Shown piece after piece: positions 28,547 to 37,500 of a stretch of DNA of 54,416 nucleotides. How positions within the stretch are numbered: the stretch's first letter is position 1; each line of letters opens with the position of its first letter. The stretch comes from Cyanobacteriota bacterium (GTDB lineage: Bacteria > Cyanobacteriota > Cyanobacteriia > Cyanobacteriales > Spirulinaceae), in contig JAXHVQ010000020.1 in assembly GCA_034189065.1 (NCBI GenBank), positions 1 to 54,416 on the forward strand, read 5' to 3'. A program made the position numbers and the translations under genes. The notes beneath the pieces are model-generated. The model made no database searches. It was not told where the DNA came from and saw only the letters and a program-made list of their open reading frames with translations.

Positions 28547-29656
28547 ATGCTTCAACCTTCTGCCATCGCCATGAGTTACTGTCTCAACCCCCACTGTTCC
28601 CACCCCAAAAACCCGCCTTCGAGCCAGTTTTGTCAATCTTGTGGCACTTCCTTACGCCTAAAAGACCGCTACCGACCCATTAAAGCGATCGCTCAAGGCG
28701 GTTTTGGCAGAACCTTTTTAGCCATCGACGAAGACAAACCCTCCAAACCCTACTGCGTCATCAAACAATTTTTTCCACAAACCGAAAAAATCCAAGCCCT
28801 CAAAAAAGCGTCCCAAATGTTTGAACGCGAAGCGGTTCAACTCGACATTTTAGGCCAACATCCCCAAATTCCCGCTTTAATGGCCTACTTTTACCAAGAC
28901 AACCGACCCTATTTAGTCCAAGAATTCATCGAAGGAAACGACCTCGCGCGAGAACTAGACCTCCACGGCACATTGGACGAAACCCAAATTCGCGCCCTCC
29001 TCAACAATATTCTCCCCGTCTTACAATTCGTCCATCAAAATCAAGTAATTCACCGCGATATCAAACCCGAAAATCTCATCCTTCGATCCCGAGACAAACA
29101 ACTCTTTCTCGTCGATTTTGGGGCAGCTAAAGCGGTGGAAGCGGCGACTCTGGGACTGGCAGGGACGGCCATCGGTTCGGTGGGCTATATCGCGCCAGAA
29201 CAGGCTGTGGGTCGCGCCAACTATACCAGCGATCTCTACAGTTTAGGCGTAACCTGCATCCATCTATTAACCAACGTTCACCCCTTCTACTTATATAATG
29301 CCCATGAAGGAACTTGGATTTGGCGCGATCGCCTTCCTGCACCCATTAGCCTAATTTTGTGTCAAATTCTCGATAAAATGCTCGCCCCAATGCCGGAACA
29401 GCGCCACCCTTCCGCCGAAGCCATCCTCCAAGCCTTAGAAGAACCTTACTCCCAACCCGCCGCCCCAAACAACCTCGACCTAGAAATCGAACGCCTCAGA
29501 AATCAACTCGCCCCACAAACGCCCGTTGCCCAACCGCCTCAAAATCCGCCCCCTTCCTCCACTACAAAACCCAATCCCCTTGATGCCGAACTCGAAGAAA
29601 TTCGCGCCGAACTGTTGGGTTCGACCCATCGCCATCAACCGCCCGCTTCTTCTTAA
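28547..29656 (+). CDS. serine/threonine protein kinase with N-terminal 4-Cys zinc-ribbon prefix
   Basis: CxxC...CxxC then Hanks kinase motifs (VIK, HRDIKPENL, DFG, APE); Pro-rich C-terminus. Confidence 0.85.
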   Translation: MLQPSAIAMSYCLNPHCSHPKNPPSSQFCQSCGTSLRLKDRYRPIKAIAQGGFGRTFLAIDEDKPSKPYCVIKQFFPQTEKIQALKKASQMFEREAVQLDILGQHPQIPALMAYFYQDNRPYLVQEFIEGNDLARELDLHGTLDETQIRALLNNILPVLQFVHQNQVIHRDIKPENLILRSRDKQLFLVDFGAAKAVEAATLGLAGTAIGSVGYIAPEQAVGRANYTSDLYSLGVTCIHLLTNVHPFYLYNAHEGTWIWRDRLPAPISLILCQILDKMLAPMPEQRHPSAEAILQALEEPYSQPAAPNNLDLEIERLRNQLAPQTPVAQPPQNPPPSSTTKPNPLDAELEEIRAELLGSTHRHQPPASS

Positions 29657-29887
29657 AAAATCCGGTAAAATGTACGAACGTTGTATACAACGTCCCCACT
29701 CTCAGCCCAAAACCCCAAACTTATAGCGGTTCTAAGATTGAGTGAAATACAGCCGATCCCCCACTCATCCCCACCCCCCTAACCCCCCTTTTTTAGGGGG
29801 GAAACAGATAAGGGGGACTTGAAGAGTAGGAGCGTACCTCATGGCAGCGCAGAGCGCTGTATCAATTAATAATTAATAATGGGTTCC

Positions 29888-29958
29888 GAAGCGAATCATT
29901 ATTCATTATTCATTATTCATTATTCATTATTCATTATTCATTATTCATTATTCATTAC
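29888..29958. repeat. CATTATT heptamer tandem repeat (~9-10 copies) immediately upstream of pyrR
   Basis: direct reading; same heptamer flanks the 150-bp elements at 3381 and 9487. Confidence 0.8.
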
Positions 29959-29964
29959 AAATCC

Positions 29965-30513
29965 GTGCCTGCCAAAATTGTTGAAATTTTCTCCGCCGAA
30001 GAAATTCGTCGCACCCTCACCCGTCTTTCTTCCCAAATCGTCGAAAGATGCGACGATCTCTCCAAACTGGTTCTGTTGGGCATTCGCACTCGCGGCGTAC
30101 CTCTAGCGAATTTACTCGCCACTCAAATTGAGGTACTTGAAGGCCTCAAAGTCCCCGTCGGCGCAGTCGATATTACCCTCTATCGCGACGATCTCGATCG
30201 CGTGGGAATGCGCACTCCCAAAAAGACGAATATTCCCTTCGATTTAACCGATAAAAGGGTTGTTTTGGTCGATGATGTTATTTTTAAAGGGCGCACCGTA
30301 CGCGCTGCCTTAAACGCTGTTAGCGAATACGGACGGCCCGCTCGGATTTATTTAGCGGTTTTGGTGGACCGAGGACATCGCCAACTGCCTATCCACCCGG
30401 ATTTTACGGGAAAAACCCTTCCCACCGCAACCGAAGAGCAGGTTCGCGTTTATCTCCAAGAGACTGACGGACGCGATGCGGTGGAATTGTATAGGGCGAA
30501 TGCTGAAGATTAA
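29965..30513 (+). CDS. pyrR: bifunctional pyrimidine operon regulator / uracil phosphoribosyltransferase PyrR
   Basis: 182 aa; PRTase motif [18 protein letters not shown] and PyrR N-terminal pattern; GTG start. Confidence 0.9.
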   Translation: MPAKIVEIFSAEEIRRTLTRLSSQIVERCDDLSKLVLLGIRTRGVPLANLLATQIEVLEGLKVPVGAVDITLYRDDLDRVGMRTPKKTNIPFDLTDKRVVLVDDVIFKGRTVRAALNAVSEYGRPARIYLAVLVDRGHRQLPIHPDFTGKTLPTATEEQVRVYLQETDGRDAVELYRANAED

Positions 30514-30569
30514 AATAAGCGGGGAGTGTTTAACGATTTAAAGGGTTCCGACTGAGCGAGCAAAAACGG

Positions 30570-30690
30570 TAAGTAGGTGGGCAAAAATAAACGCATAACC
30601 TCGAAAACCGTATTCCTTGCCAGGTAAGGGTTTTAGCTGGAGATATTGTTCTTTTAATTACGCCCACCTACTTAACAGCTTCCATCGCGT
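30570..30690. repeat. long inverted repeat (taagtaggtgggc ... gcccacctactta, ~85-nt spacer)
   Basis: direct reading. Confidence 0.4.
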
Positions 30691-30865
30691 TAGTTTCAGC
30701 TAATAAAATGCACTGCTTGGAAAAGTTTAAATCCAAATCGACTAATCCAGGTAATTCGTTGCGATCGATAGGTTCATAGCCATTTTCGCCCAGACGATAC
30801 AAAGTCAGAGTACCCTGTAGCGCGCGATCGCGTTTTAGCGTTCAGGAGATGTACTTTTTATAGCC

Positions 30866-31161
30866 TTACTTTCGACCTTTCCAATACTGGGGTCTACGCT
30901 TATGATGTGCTATGGCTAAAATCCGAATTTGGTCGCTTTTAAGGACGCGATACAGAAGAGAGTAGGGAAATTTCGGCAGAATGAGACGACGAATAGAAGC
31001 TCGAACTTTTGAACCTGCTTCTGGATAAAGTTTAAGGAGGTTGATTGAGTTTTCTACCTCTTCTAAATACTCTAACCCCAATCCGGGACGTTGCTCCTCA
31101 TAATAAGTGCTGCCTCAGTTAATTCCTGCCTTGCTAGTGGATGAAATATAATCGTTTTCAC
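30866..31161 (-). pseudogene. RelE/ParE family toxin disrupted by a -1 frameshift (single T missing in cttTATTATgag run)
   Basis: frame A: V(M)KTIIFHPLARQELTEAALIMRSNVPDWG*; frame B continues YYEEQRPGLGLEYLEEV...; joined product ~98 aa matches RelE/ParE; GTGA overlap with antitoxin stop. Confidence 0.6.
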
Positions 31162-31388
31162 TGTATTTCTGCACGAAGCTGCTGAAACACTTCCTCTGCA
31201 GAAATACCAATGACTCGATCGGTATCTATTTCGCGATCGCGTTCTTCAGCTTCTTGAATCCAAACTTTTTCAAGTTCTCTGTCAATTTCGCGCTCATCGT
31301 TCAAATGTGCGAGAAGTCGCGCTAAAAGTTCGGCAAGGGAGTCTTTGGGGAGAGCAAGGATTTCGGCTTCCAGTTGTTTGAGGCTCAT
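31158..31388 (-). CDS. putative addiction-module antitoxin (TIGR02574-like)
   Basis: 76 aa MSLKQLEAEILALPKDSLAELLARLL...; positioned immediately upstream of RelE/ParE toxin. Confidence 0.65.
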   Translation of the reverse strand: MSLKQLEAEILALPKDSLAELLARLLAHLNDEREIDRELEKVWIQEAEERDREIDTDRVIGISAEEVFQQLRAEIQ

Positions 31389-31479
31389 AATGGTCTCGAG
31401 TTTAGCATTCGCGAACTCCCCCCATCATATCGCGCTTCGGTTGGGTTGAGGGGTTGGTTGTGGCTGTCATGAGTTGGCG

Positions 31480-31525
31480 ATCGGCTTTCCAATGCTGAAT
31501 ATTGTAGCGCGCGATCGCGGGGTTT
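31480..31525. repeat. ~45-bp dispersed repeat (CGATCGgCTTTCCAATGCTGAAtATTGTAGCGCGCGATCGCGGG); second copy at 32262-32305
   Basis: direct comparison of the two loci. Confidence 0.6.
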
Positions 31526-31558
31526 GGGAAACGCGATCGCGCATCAGTTCCAATGAGG

Positions 31559-31867
31559 CTAAATGTAGCATAATTGATTTTCCATTTCATCAGCTGTAAG
31601 CCGATCTAAAATGGTTAGAAGTCGCTGCACAATTTCGTGCGGCGGACGGCGAACTGCTAAGATCATTCCGTAGTGCATCTGACCGCTTGAAAAATATTCC
31701 CGTGCTAGCGCCTCAAAATCCACCCGATTGTGAGTGAGTAATGTCGTACCTTGACTGACAGCATAGGCAAGTTGTTCTGCGTCACTTTTGCTCAGTTGAC
31801 CGGCTGCTCGGGCTGTAATTGCATCAAACCCTCTTTTTCTCGGCAACTCTGCCACCAAGACATTCAC
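31559..31867 (-). CDS. DUF5615 (PIN-like) protein, putative toxin of DUF433/DUF5615 pair
   Basis: homology extends upstream (LAYLFSLYLDEDVNV...) in frame right up to the DUF433 stop codon; no ATG there. Confidence 0.65.
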   Translation of the reverse strand: MNVLVAELPRKRGFDAITARAAGQLSKSDAEQLAYAVSQGTTLLTHNRVDFEALAREYFSSGQMHYGMILAVRRPPHEIVQRLLTILDRLTADEMENQLCYI

Positions 31868-31903
31868 ATCTTCATCCAGATAGAGACTAAATAAATAGGC
31901 GAG

Positions 31904-32191
31904 TCATGAATTCTTAAGCAGTGGATGAATTAACTCCTCTGGGATTTTGTTGCGTTCGATGTAATCGTCGATTTCATCTTGATGGTCGCAATAGTATGAG
32001 AGTGCATCAAATACTCGAGCGAGAGTTAGGTGCGGCATTCCTGTTAAAATCTCCTCGGGAGTCGCGCCCATACGCCAAGTTTCAATAATAGCTCTGACAG
32101 GGGTGCGAGTCTCTTTAATAATAGGTTCGCCTCCTAAAATCCGGTCATTTCTGACGACATAGCGGTTTTCTGTTGCTTGAACCATATTCAA
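31904..32191 (-). CDS. DUF433 domain protein, putative antitoxin partner
   Basis: 95 aa; DUF433 pattern (...GMPHLTLARVFDALSYY). Confidence 0.7.
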   Translation of the reverse strand: MNMVQATENRYVVRNDRILGGEPIIKETRTPVRAIIETWRMGATPEEILTGMPHLTLARVFDALSYYCDHQDEIDDYIERNKIPEELIHPLLKNS

Positions 32192-32333
32192 TTTCGCCTT
32201 TACGCAAGTCTTTCTCTAGTGTAGCACTACGGTCGAAGCCGATCGCGCCACTTGGGAGATGCGATCGCCTTTCCAATGCTGAAATTGTAGCGCGCGATCG
32301 CGGGATTGTTCGCTATTTGAGCGTAAAGACAAG

Positions 32334-32519
32334 CTAACTTACGGTCGGATTTATTGATTCGTTAGACTGGCGCTTGATGGGCAGTTTTACAACTTTGCGC
32401 CCTCTGGCGATTTGCTTCTTTCGCAAGTCTTCAAACATTGCCTTTAGGTCATAGTTGAATGATTTTGCATATTCTTCCCTATATTTGTGAATTTCTTCTA
32501 AAATTCGATCCTTGTACAT
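32334..32519 (-). CDS. small hypothetical protein (61 aa, lysine/arginine-rich)
   Basis: ORF only. Confidence 0.3.
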   Translation of the reverse strand: MYKDRILEEIHKYREEYAKSFNYDLKAMFEDLRKKQIARGRKVVKLPIKRQSNESINPTVS

Positions 32520-32709
32520 AGCTACTCTTCCAAAAGAAGATGCTTTCGAGAGCAGGAATACCAGTGGTATCGTTCTTTAATACACTATCCGTCAAGTCGC
32601 CTACAACAGTTTTAGGAGTATCTCTAAGAATTAATGCGATCGCGCCTCCCCCCATCCTCACAACTTCCTCAAACTCTTTGCCTAACTTAAAAGGTACAGT
32701 GCGAACCTG

Positions 32710-35700
32710 ATGGAGAGGACGAAGCTTATGACTCAGGCAATGGAAACGAAACAAAAAACCTTTGCAACCATAGATGGCAACGAAGCGGTGGCGCGCGTCG
32801 CCCACGTCCTCAACGAAACGATCGCGATCTACCCCATCACCCCCTCTTCGCCAATGGGAGAATGGGCGGATGCTTGGACGGCGCAACATCAAAAAAACCT
32901 CTGGGGAACCGTCCCCTCGGTGGTGGAAATGCAAAGCGAGGGAGGCGCTGCGGGGGCAGTTCACGGCGCGTTACAGGCGGGTTCCCTGACGACGACGTTT
33001 ACCGCTTCCCAGGGACTCTTGCTCATGCTCCCCAATATGTATAAAATTGCCGGAGAGTTATCGCCGACGGTGTTTCATGTTGCCGCGCGATCGCTTGCCG
33101 CCCAAGCCCTCTCTATTTTTGGCGATCATAGCGATGTTATGGCGGCGCGCGCGACGGGGTTTGCCCTATTATGCGCCGCCTCGGTTCAAGAAGCTCACGA
33201 TTTTACCCTAATTTCTACAGCAGCGAGTTTAGAGTCGCGCATTCCCTTTCTTCATTTCTTCGATGGGTTTCGCACCTCCCACGAAGTTCAAAAAATCGAA
33301 ACCATTAGCGAAGAAACCATGCGATCGCTGATCGACGATGAGTTCATTTTAGCCCATCGCCAGCGCGCCTTAACCCCCGATCGCCCCGTCATTCGAGGAA
33401 CGGCGCAAAACCCCGATGTCTACTTCCAAGCGCGGGAAACCGTTAATCCCTTCTATAACGCTTGTCCCGATATTGTCCAAAAAATTATGGACGACTTCGC
33501 CCAACTCACCGGGCGACAATACCAACTTTTTGAATACCACGGCGATCCCGCAGCAGAACGAGTTATCATTCTCATGGGTTCCGGTTGCGAAGCGGCGCGG
33601 GAAACTGTCGAATCTCTCAATAGTCAAGGCGAAAAAGTTGGCATCATTCTCGTTCGTTTGTATCGTCCCTTTGATAGCAAGCGTTTGGTTGAAACTGTTC
33701 CCGATACCGTTAAAAAAATTGCCGTTCTCGATCGCACCAAAGAACCCGGATGTGCGGGGGAACCTCTCTATTTAGATGTGGTGACAGCCTTTCAAGTATA
33801 CGGTTCTCGATCGACTGCACCTGAAATTGTCGGCGGACGCTATGGATTATCTTCAAAAGAATTTAATCCAGCAATGGTTAAAGGAGTTTTTGATAACCTT
33901 AACCTCCCCCTTTCTCGAGGGGGGACTGAGGGGGGATCGCCGAAAAACCACTTCACCATCGGCATTAACGACGATCTCACCCACACCAGCTTAAACTACG
34001 ATCCCCGTTTCAGCACCGAACCCGAAAACGTCGTTCGCGCCATCTTCTACGGATTGGGCTCCGACGGAACGGTGGGGGCAAACAAAAATTCCATTAAAAT
34101 TATTGGCGGAGAAACTGACAACTACGCCCAAGGTTACTTCGTCTACGACTCCAAAAAGTCGGGTTCCGTTACCGTGTCTCACCTGCGTTTCGGCCCCCAA
34201 CCCATTCGTTCCACTTATTTAATCGATAAAGCTAGTTTCGTCGCCTGTCACCAATGGCAATTCATAGAAACTTTACCCATTCTCGATGCCATCGAACCGG
34301 GCGGTATTTTACTCCTCAACAGTCCCTACGCTACCGAAGAAGTTTGGAATCAAATCCCGTCGAAACTGCAAGGGCAAATTGTCGAAAAACAGCTTAAAGT
34401 TTACGCAATTAATGCCTATAAAGTGGCGCGAGATGCGGGAATGGGCGGCAGAATTAACACCGTCATGCAAGTTTGTTTCTTTGCCCTCTCGGGCGTTTTA
34501 CCCCGGGAAGAAGCGATCGCGCAAATCAAAAAATCCATCCGTAAAACCTACGGCAAAAAGGGCGAAGAAGTCGTCCGCCGAAATATCCAAGCCGTAGAAT
34601 CAACTATTGACAATTTGTACCCCGTTGAAGTCGGTTCCGTTGCCGCTGCTGGCGATGGCGAAAAACCGCCCGTCCCCGAAAATGCCCCCCAATTTGTGCG
34701 GGAAGTTTTGGGTAAAATGATTGCAGGCCAAGGGGACGAGCTCCCCGTCAGCGCGTTACCCGTGGATGGAACCTATCCCAGCGGTACCTCCAAGTGGGAA
34801 AAACGCAATGTCGCCCAAGAAATTCCCGTGTGGGATGCCGATGTCTGCGTTCAATGCGGCAAATGCGTGATGGTTTGTCCCCACGCGGTGATTCGCGCTA
34901 AGGCTTATGACGCGCAGGAGTTGGACAATGCACCGCCTACGTTTAAAAGTGCCGACGCGCGAGATCGCGATTGGCGCGGGTCTAAGTTTACCATCCAAGT
35001 GGCGGCGGAAGATTGCACCGGATGCGCCCTGTGCGTGGATGTTTGTCCTGCGAAGAATAAGTCGCAACCCCGTTTGAAGGCGATTAATATGGCACCGCAA
35101 CTCCCTTTGCGGGAACAAGAACGGGCAAACTGGGATTACTTTTTGAATCTTCCCAATCCCGATCGCCGTGGGTTAAATTTGAATAAGATTGCCCAGCAGC
35201 AACTACAGGAACCGCTGTTTGAGTTTTCCGGGGCCTGTGCGGGATGCGGCGAAACGCCCTATGTTAAACTAGCGTCTCAACTGTTTGGCGATCGCATGAT
35301 GGTTGCCAATGCGACGGGTTGTTCTTCGATTTACGGCGGCAACCTCCCGACGACTCCCTGGACTCATAATAGCGAAGGACGCGGCCCCGCTTGGTCTAAT
35401 TCTCTGTTTGAGGATAACGCGGAATTTGGCTTGGGTTTCCGTATTTCTATTGATAAACAGGCAGAATTTGCAGCAGAATTGCTAGAAACTTGCGCGACTG
35501 AAATCGGCGAAACCCTGGCAACCGGGATTCTCAACGCCGAACAGCGGGACGAAGCCGATATTTGGGAACAGCGGGAACGAGTGTCTCAGTTGAAACATCG
35601 CCTCGACGAACTCCTCAATGGCGATTCCCAACAAAAATCCCAATTGCGAAATTTAAAATCCCTCGCCGATTATCTCGTGAAAAAGAGCGTATGGATTATG

Positions 35701-36333
35701 GGGGGCGACGGTTGGGCTTACGATATCGGTTACGGCGGGTTGGATCACGTCCTCGCTTCGGGGCGCAATGTCAACGTTCTCGTCCTCGATACAGAAGTCT
35801 ACTCCAATACCGGCGGTCAAATGTCTAAGGCGACTCCTCGGGCGGCAGTTGCCAAGTTTGCAGCGGGAGGCAAGCCGTCGGCGAAGAAGGATTTGGGGTT
35901 GATTGCCATGACCTATGGTAATGTTTACGTGGCAAGCGTGGCGATGGGGGCGCGCGACGAACATACTTTGCGCGCATTTTTGGAAGCGGAGGCTTATGAC
36001 GGACCGTCGTTAATTCTGGCTTATTCTCATTGCATCGCCCACGGGATTAATATGGTGACGGCGATGCAGCAGCAAAAATCTCTTGTGGAGTCGGGACGGT
36101 GGTTGTTGTATCGTTACAATCCCGATCGCGCAAAACAAGGCGAAAATCCCTTAATGTTAGATTCGCGATCGCCTAAAGCTTCGGTGGAAGATTCGATGTA
36201 TGCAGAAAACCGGTTCAAGATGTTGGCGCGCAGTCAACCGGATGCGGCGAAGCAACTGTTACAAGAGGCACAGGGGGATGTGAAGACGCGCTGGCAGATG
36301 TATCAATATCTGGCGGCACAGCAAATGGGATAG
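32710..36333 (+). CDS. nifJ: pyruvate:ferredoxin (flavodoxin) oxidoreductase
   Basis: 1207 aa; two [4Fe-4S] ferredoxin motifs CVQCGKCVMVCP / CTGCALCVDVCP; TPP-binding GGDGW motif. Confidence 0.95.
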   Translation: MERTKLMTQAMETKQKTFATIDGNEAVARVAHVLNETIAIYPITPSSPMGEWADAWTAQHQKNLWGTVPSVVEMQSEGGAAGAVHGALQAGSLTTTFTASQGLLLMLPNMYKIAGELSPTVFHVAARSLAAQALSIFGDHSDVMAARATGFALLCAASVQEAHDFTLISTAASLESRIPFLHFFDGFRTSHEVQKIETISEETMRSLIDDEFILAHRQRALTPDRPVIRGTAQNPDVYFQARETVNPFYNACPDIVQKIMDDFAQLTGRQYQLFEYHGDPAAERVIILMGSGCEAARETVESLNSQGEKVGIILVRLYRPFDSKRLVETVPDTVKKIAVLDRTKEPGCAGEPLYLDVVTAFQVYGSRSTAPEIVGGRYGLSSKEFNPAMVKGVFDNLNLPLSRGGTEGGSPKNHFTIGINDDLTHTSLNYDPRFSTEPENVVRAIFYGLGSDGTVGANKNSIKIIGGETDNYAQGYFVYDSKKSGSVTVSHLRFGPQPIRSTYLIDKASFVACHQWQFIETLPILDAIEPGGILLLNSPYATEEVWNQIPSKLQGQIVEKQLKVYAINAYKVARDAGMGGRINTVMQVCFFALSGVLPREEAIAQIKKSIRKTYGKKGEEVVRRNIQAVESTIDNLYPVEVGSVAAAGDGEKPPVPENAPQFVREVLGKMIAGQGDELPVSALPVDGTYPSGTSKWEKRNVAQEIPVWDADVCVQCGKCVMVCPHAVIRAKAYDAQELDNAPPTFKSADARDRDWRGSKFTIQVAAEDCTGCALCVDVCPAKNKSQPRLKAINMAPQLPLREQERANWDYFLNLPNPDRRGLNLNKIAQQQLQEPLFEFSGACAGCGETPYVKLASQLFGDRMMVANATGCSSIYGGNLPTTPWTHNSEGRGPAWSNSLFEDNAEFGLGFRISIDKQAEFAAELLETCATEIGETLATGILNAEQRDEADIWEQRERVSQLKHRLDELLNGDSQQKSQLRNLKSLADYLVKKSVWIMGGDGWAYDIGYGGLDHVLASGRNVNVLVLDTEVYSNTGGQMSKATPRAAVAKFAAGGKPSAKKDLGLIAMTYGNVYVASVAMGARDEHTLRAFLEAEAYDGPSLILAYSHCIAHGINMVTAMQQQKSLVESGRWLLYRYNPDRAKQGENPLMLDSRSPKASVEDSMYAENRFKMLARSQPDAAKQLLQEAQGDVKTRWQMYQYLAAQQMG

Positions 36334-36412
36334 GAGGAGATGCGATCGCTTAAACTCTTGAATCCATTGTCGAATCGGGCGATTTATTCAAGAGTTGGGG
36401 CGTTTCAACACG

Positions 36413-37009
36413 CTAGATATCGTCCCAATTGCAACCGTAATCCCGCACTGGATATTCAACCCAAGACTGGCGCAACCCTTCTCTGCCATAATGTTTTAAG
36501 TACCAATGAACGCTCGTTTGAGTCCAGTTATAGGGAGAACTTGTCCATTGGTGCTTGACGGGATTATAATGAATATAATTTAGGGTTGTGTGGTAATGTC
36601 GCTCCGAGCGAATTGCGCGATCGCTATAGTGGTACCAAATCTTACGGCCTCGCGTTTCATCTTCTTGATTCCATTGGTAGGAAGTGCGACCGTGAATTAA
36701 ACGAAGGCGTTGACCTAATTTATGAAACTCATCGATTTTTACTAATATGTGATAGTGGTTGGGTAGAATAACCCAAGCTCGAATTTCCCATCCTTGGTTC
36801 GTAAATTCTTCAAATAGTGAGTCTAGTATTTGTTGGCGGCGCGCGTCGGTATTCATATAAGGTTGATGTTCGTAGCAGGCTGCCGTCAAGAGGTAAAGTT
36901 CGCGATCGGCAATGGGATGGGGAGGCGAATGAGGGGGATATCCTCGTTCCAAACGCTGTGAAACTAACTTTGCTCGCTGTTTTGCGTTGAGTCGGCGATA
37001 ACTATACAT
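36413..37009 (-). CDS. REP-associated tyrosine transposase (RAYT, IS200/IS605 TnpA-like)
   Basis: 198 aa; HxH motif (HYHILV) and catalytic Tyr region; flanked by REP hairpins at 37015-37112. Confidence 0.8.
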   Translation of the reverse strand: MYSYRRLNAKQRAKLVSQRLERGYPPHSPPHPIADRELYLLTAACYEHQPYMNTDARRQQILDSLFEEFTNQGWEIRAWVILPNHYHILVKIDEFHKLGQRLRLIHGRTSYQWNQEDETRGRKIWYHYSDRAIRSERHYHTTLNYIHYNPVKHQWTSSPYNWTQTSVHWYLKHYGREGLRQSWVEYPVRDYGCNWDDI

Positions 37010-37014
37010 TTTAA

Positions 37015-37112
37015 TTGGCTCGTAGTAGGGGCTTTAGCCCCTCCGATTCTTATAAAATAGCACTAAAGTGCTTACTACGAGCTTAAAATAGCACTAAAGT
37101 GCTTACTACGAG
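37015..37112. repeat. REP cluster: one GGGGCTTTAGCCCC REP plus two tandem copies of a second hairpin (AGCACTAAAGTGCT)
   Basis: direct reading. Confidence 0.75.
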
Positions 37113-37122
37113 CCTAAAGCCG

Positions 37123-37470
37123 ATGCAACCTGAATCTATCATCGAACAAGCTAAGCAAGCGTGGATTGAAGGAAACCCCGGCGCGTTTTCTTCCCTCTTT
37201 TGTACCAATGGCGAGTTTATTGTTCCCGGAAATCGCTGGGTGGGACGCGACGACATTCATAAGGCGATCGCGGATTTCTCAGAAACCCATTCAGGCGTTA
37301 AAATCGAAATAACTAACCTCGTTATCCAAGGCGATCGCGCGATCTTAGAATGGAGTTGGGAAGATCGTGTCATTGAAACCGGCTGTCGCAACAAAGCCGA
37401 TGACGCGATCGCAGTGGATTTCAAAAATGGTAAAATTAGCCGCTGGCGCGAATATATTGACGAACAGTAA
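37123..37470 (+). CDS. SnoaL-like / NTF2-like (ketosteroid isomerase-like) protein
   Basis: 116 aa from ATG 37123 (GTG at 37099 lies within REP hairpins); SnoaL-like pattern. Confidence 0.65.
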   Translation: MQPESIIEQAKQAWIEGNPGAFSSLFCTNGEFIVPGNRWVGRDDIHKAIADFSETHSGVKIEITNLVIQGDRAILEWSWEDRVIETGCRNKADDAIAVDFKNGKISRWREYIDEQ

Positions 37471-37500
37471 ACAGAAGTAGGGGCGTTTCATGAGATATCC

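Noticed and set aside
31402-31590. 62-aa ORF between the antitoxin and DUF5615 genes
   Set aside because: It overlaps the 45-bp dispersed repeat and the DUF5615 3' end, and its composition is not protein-like.
32479-35964. ORFs overlapping or antisense to nifJ (for example 32479-32964 on the minus strand, 33416-33775)
   Set aside because: They are contained within the 1207-aa PFOR reading frame, which has unambiguous motifs.
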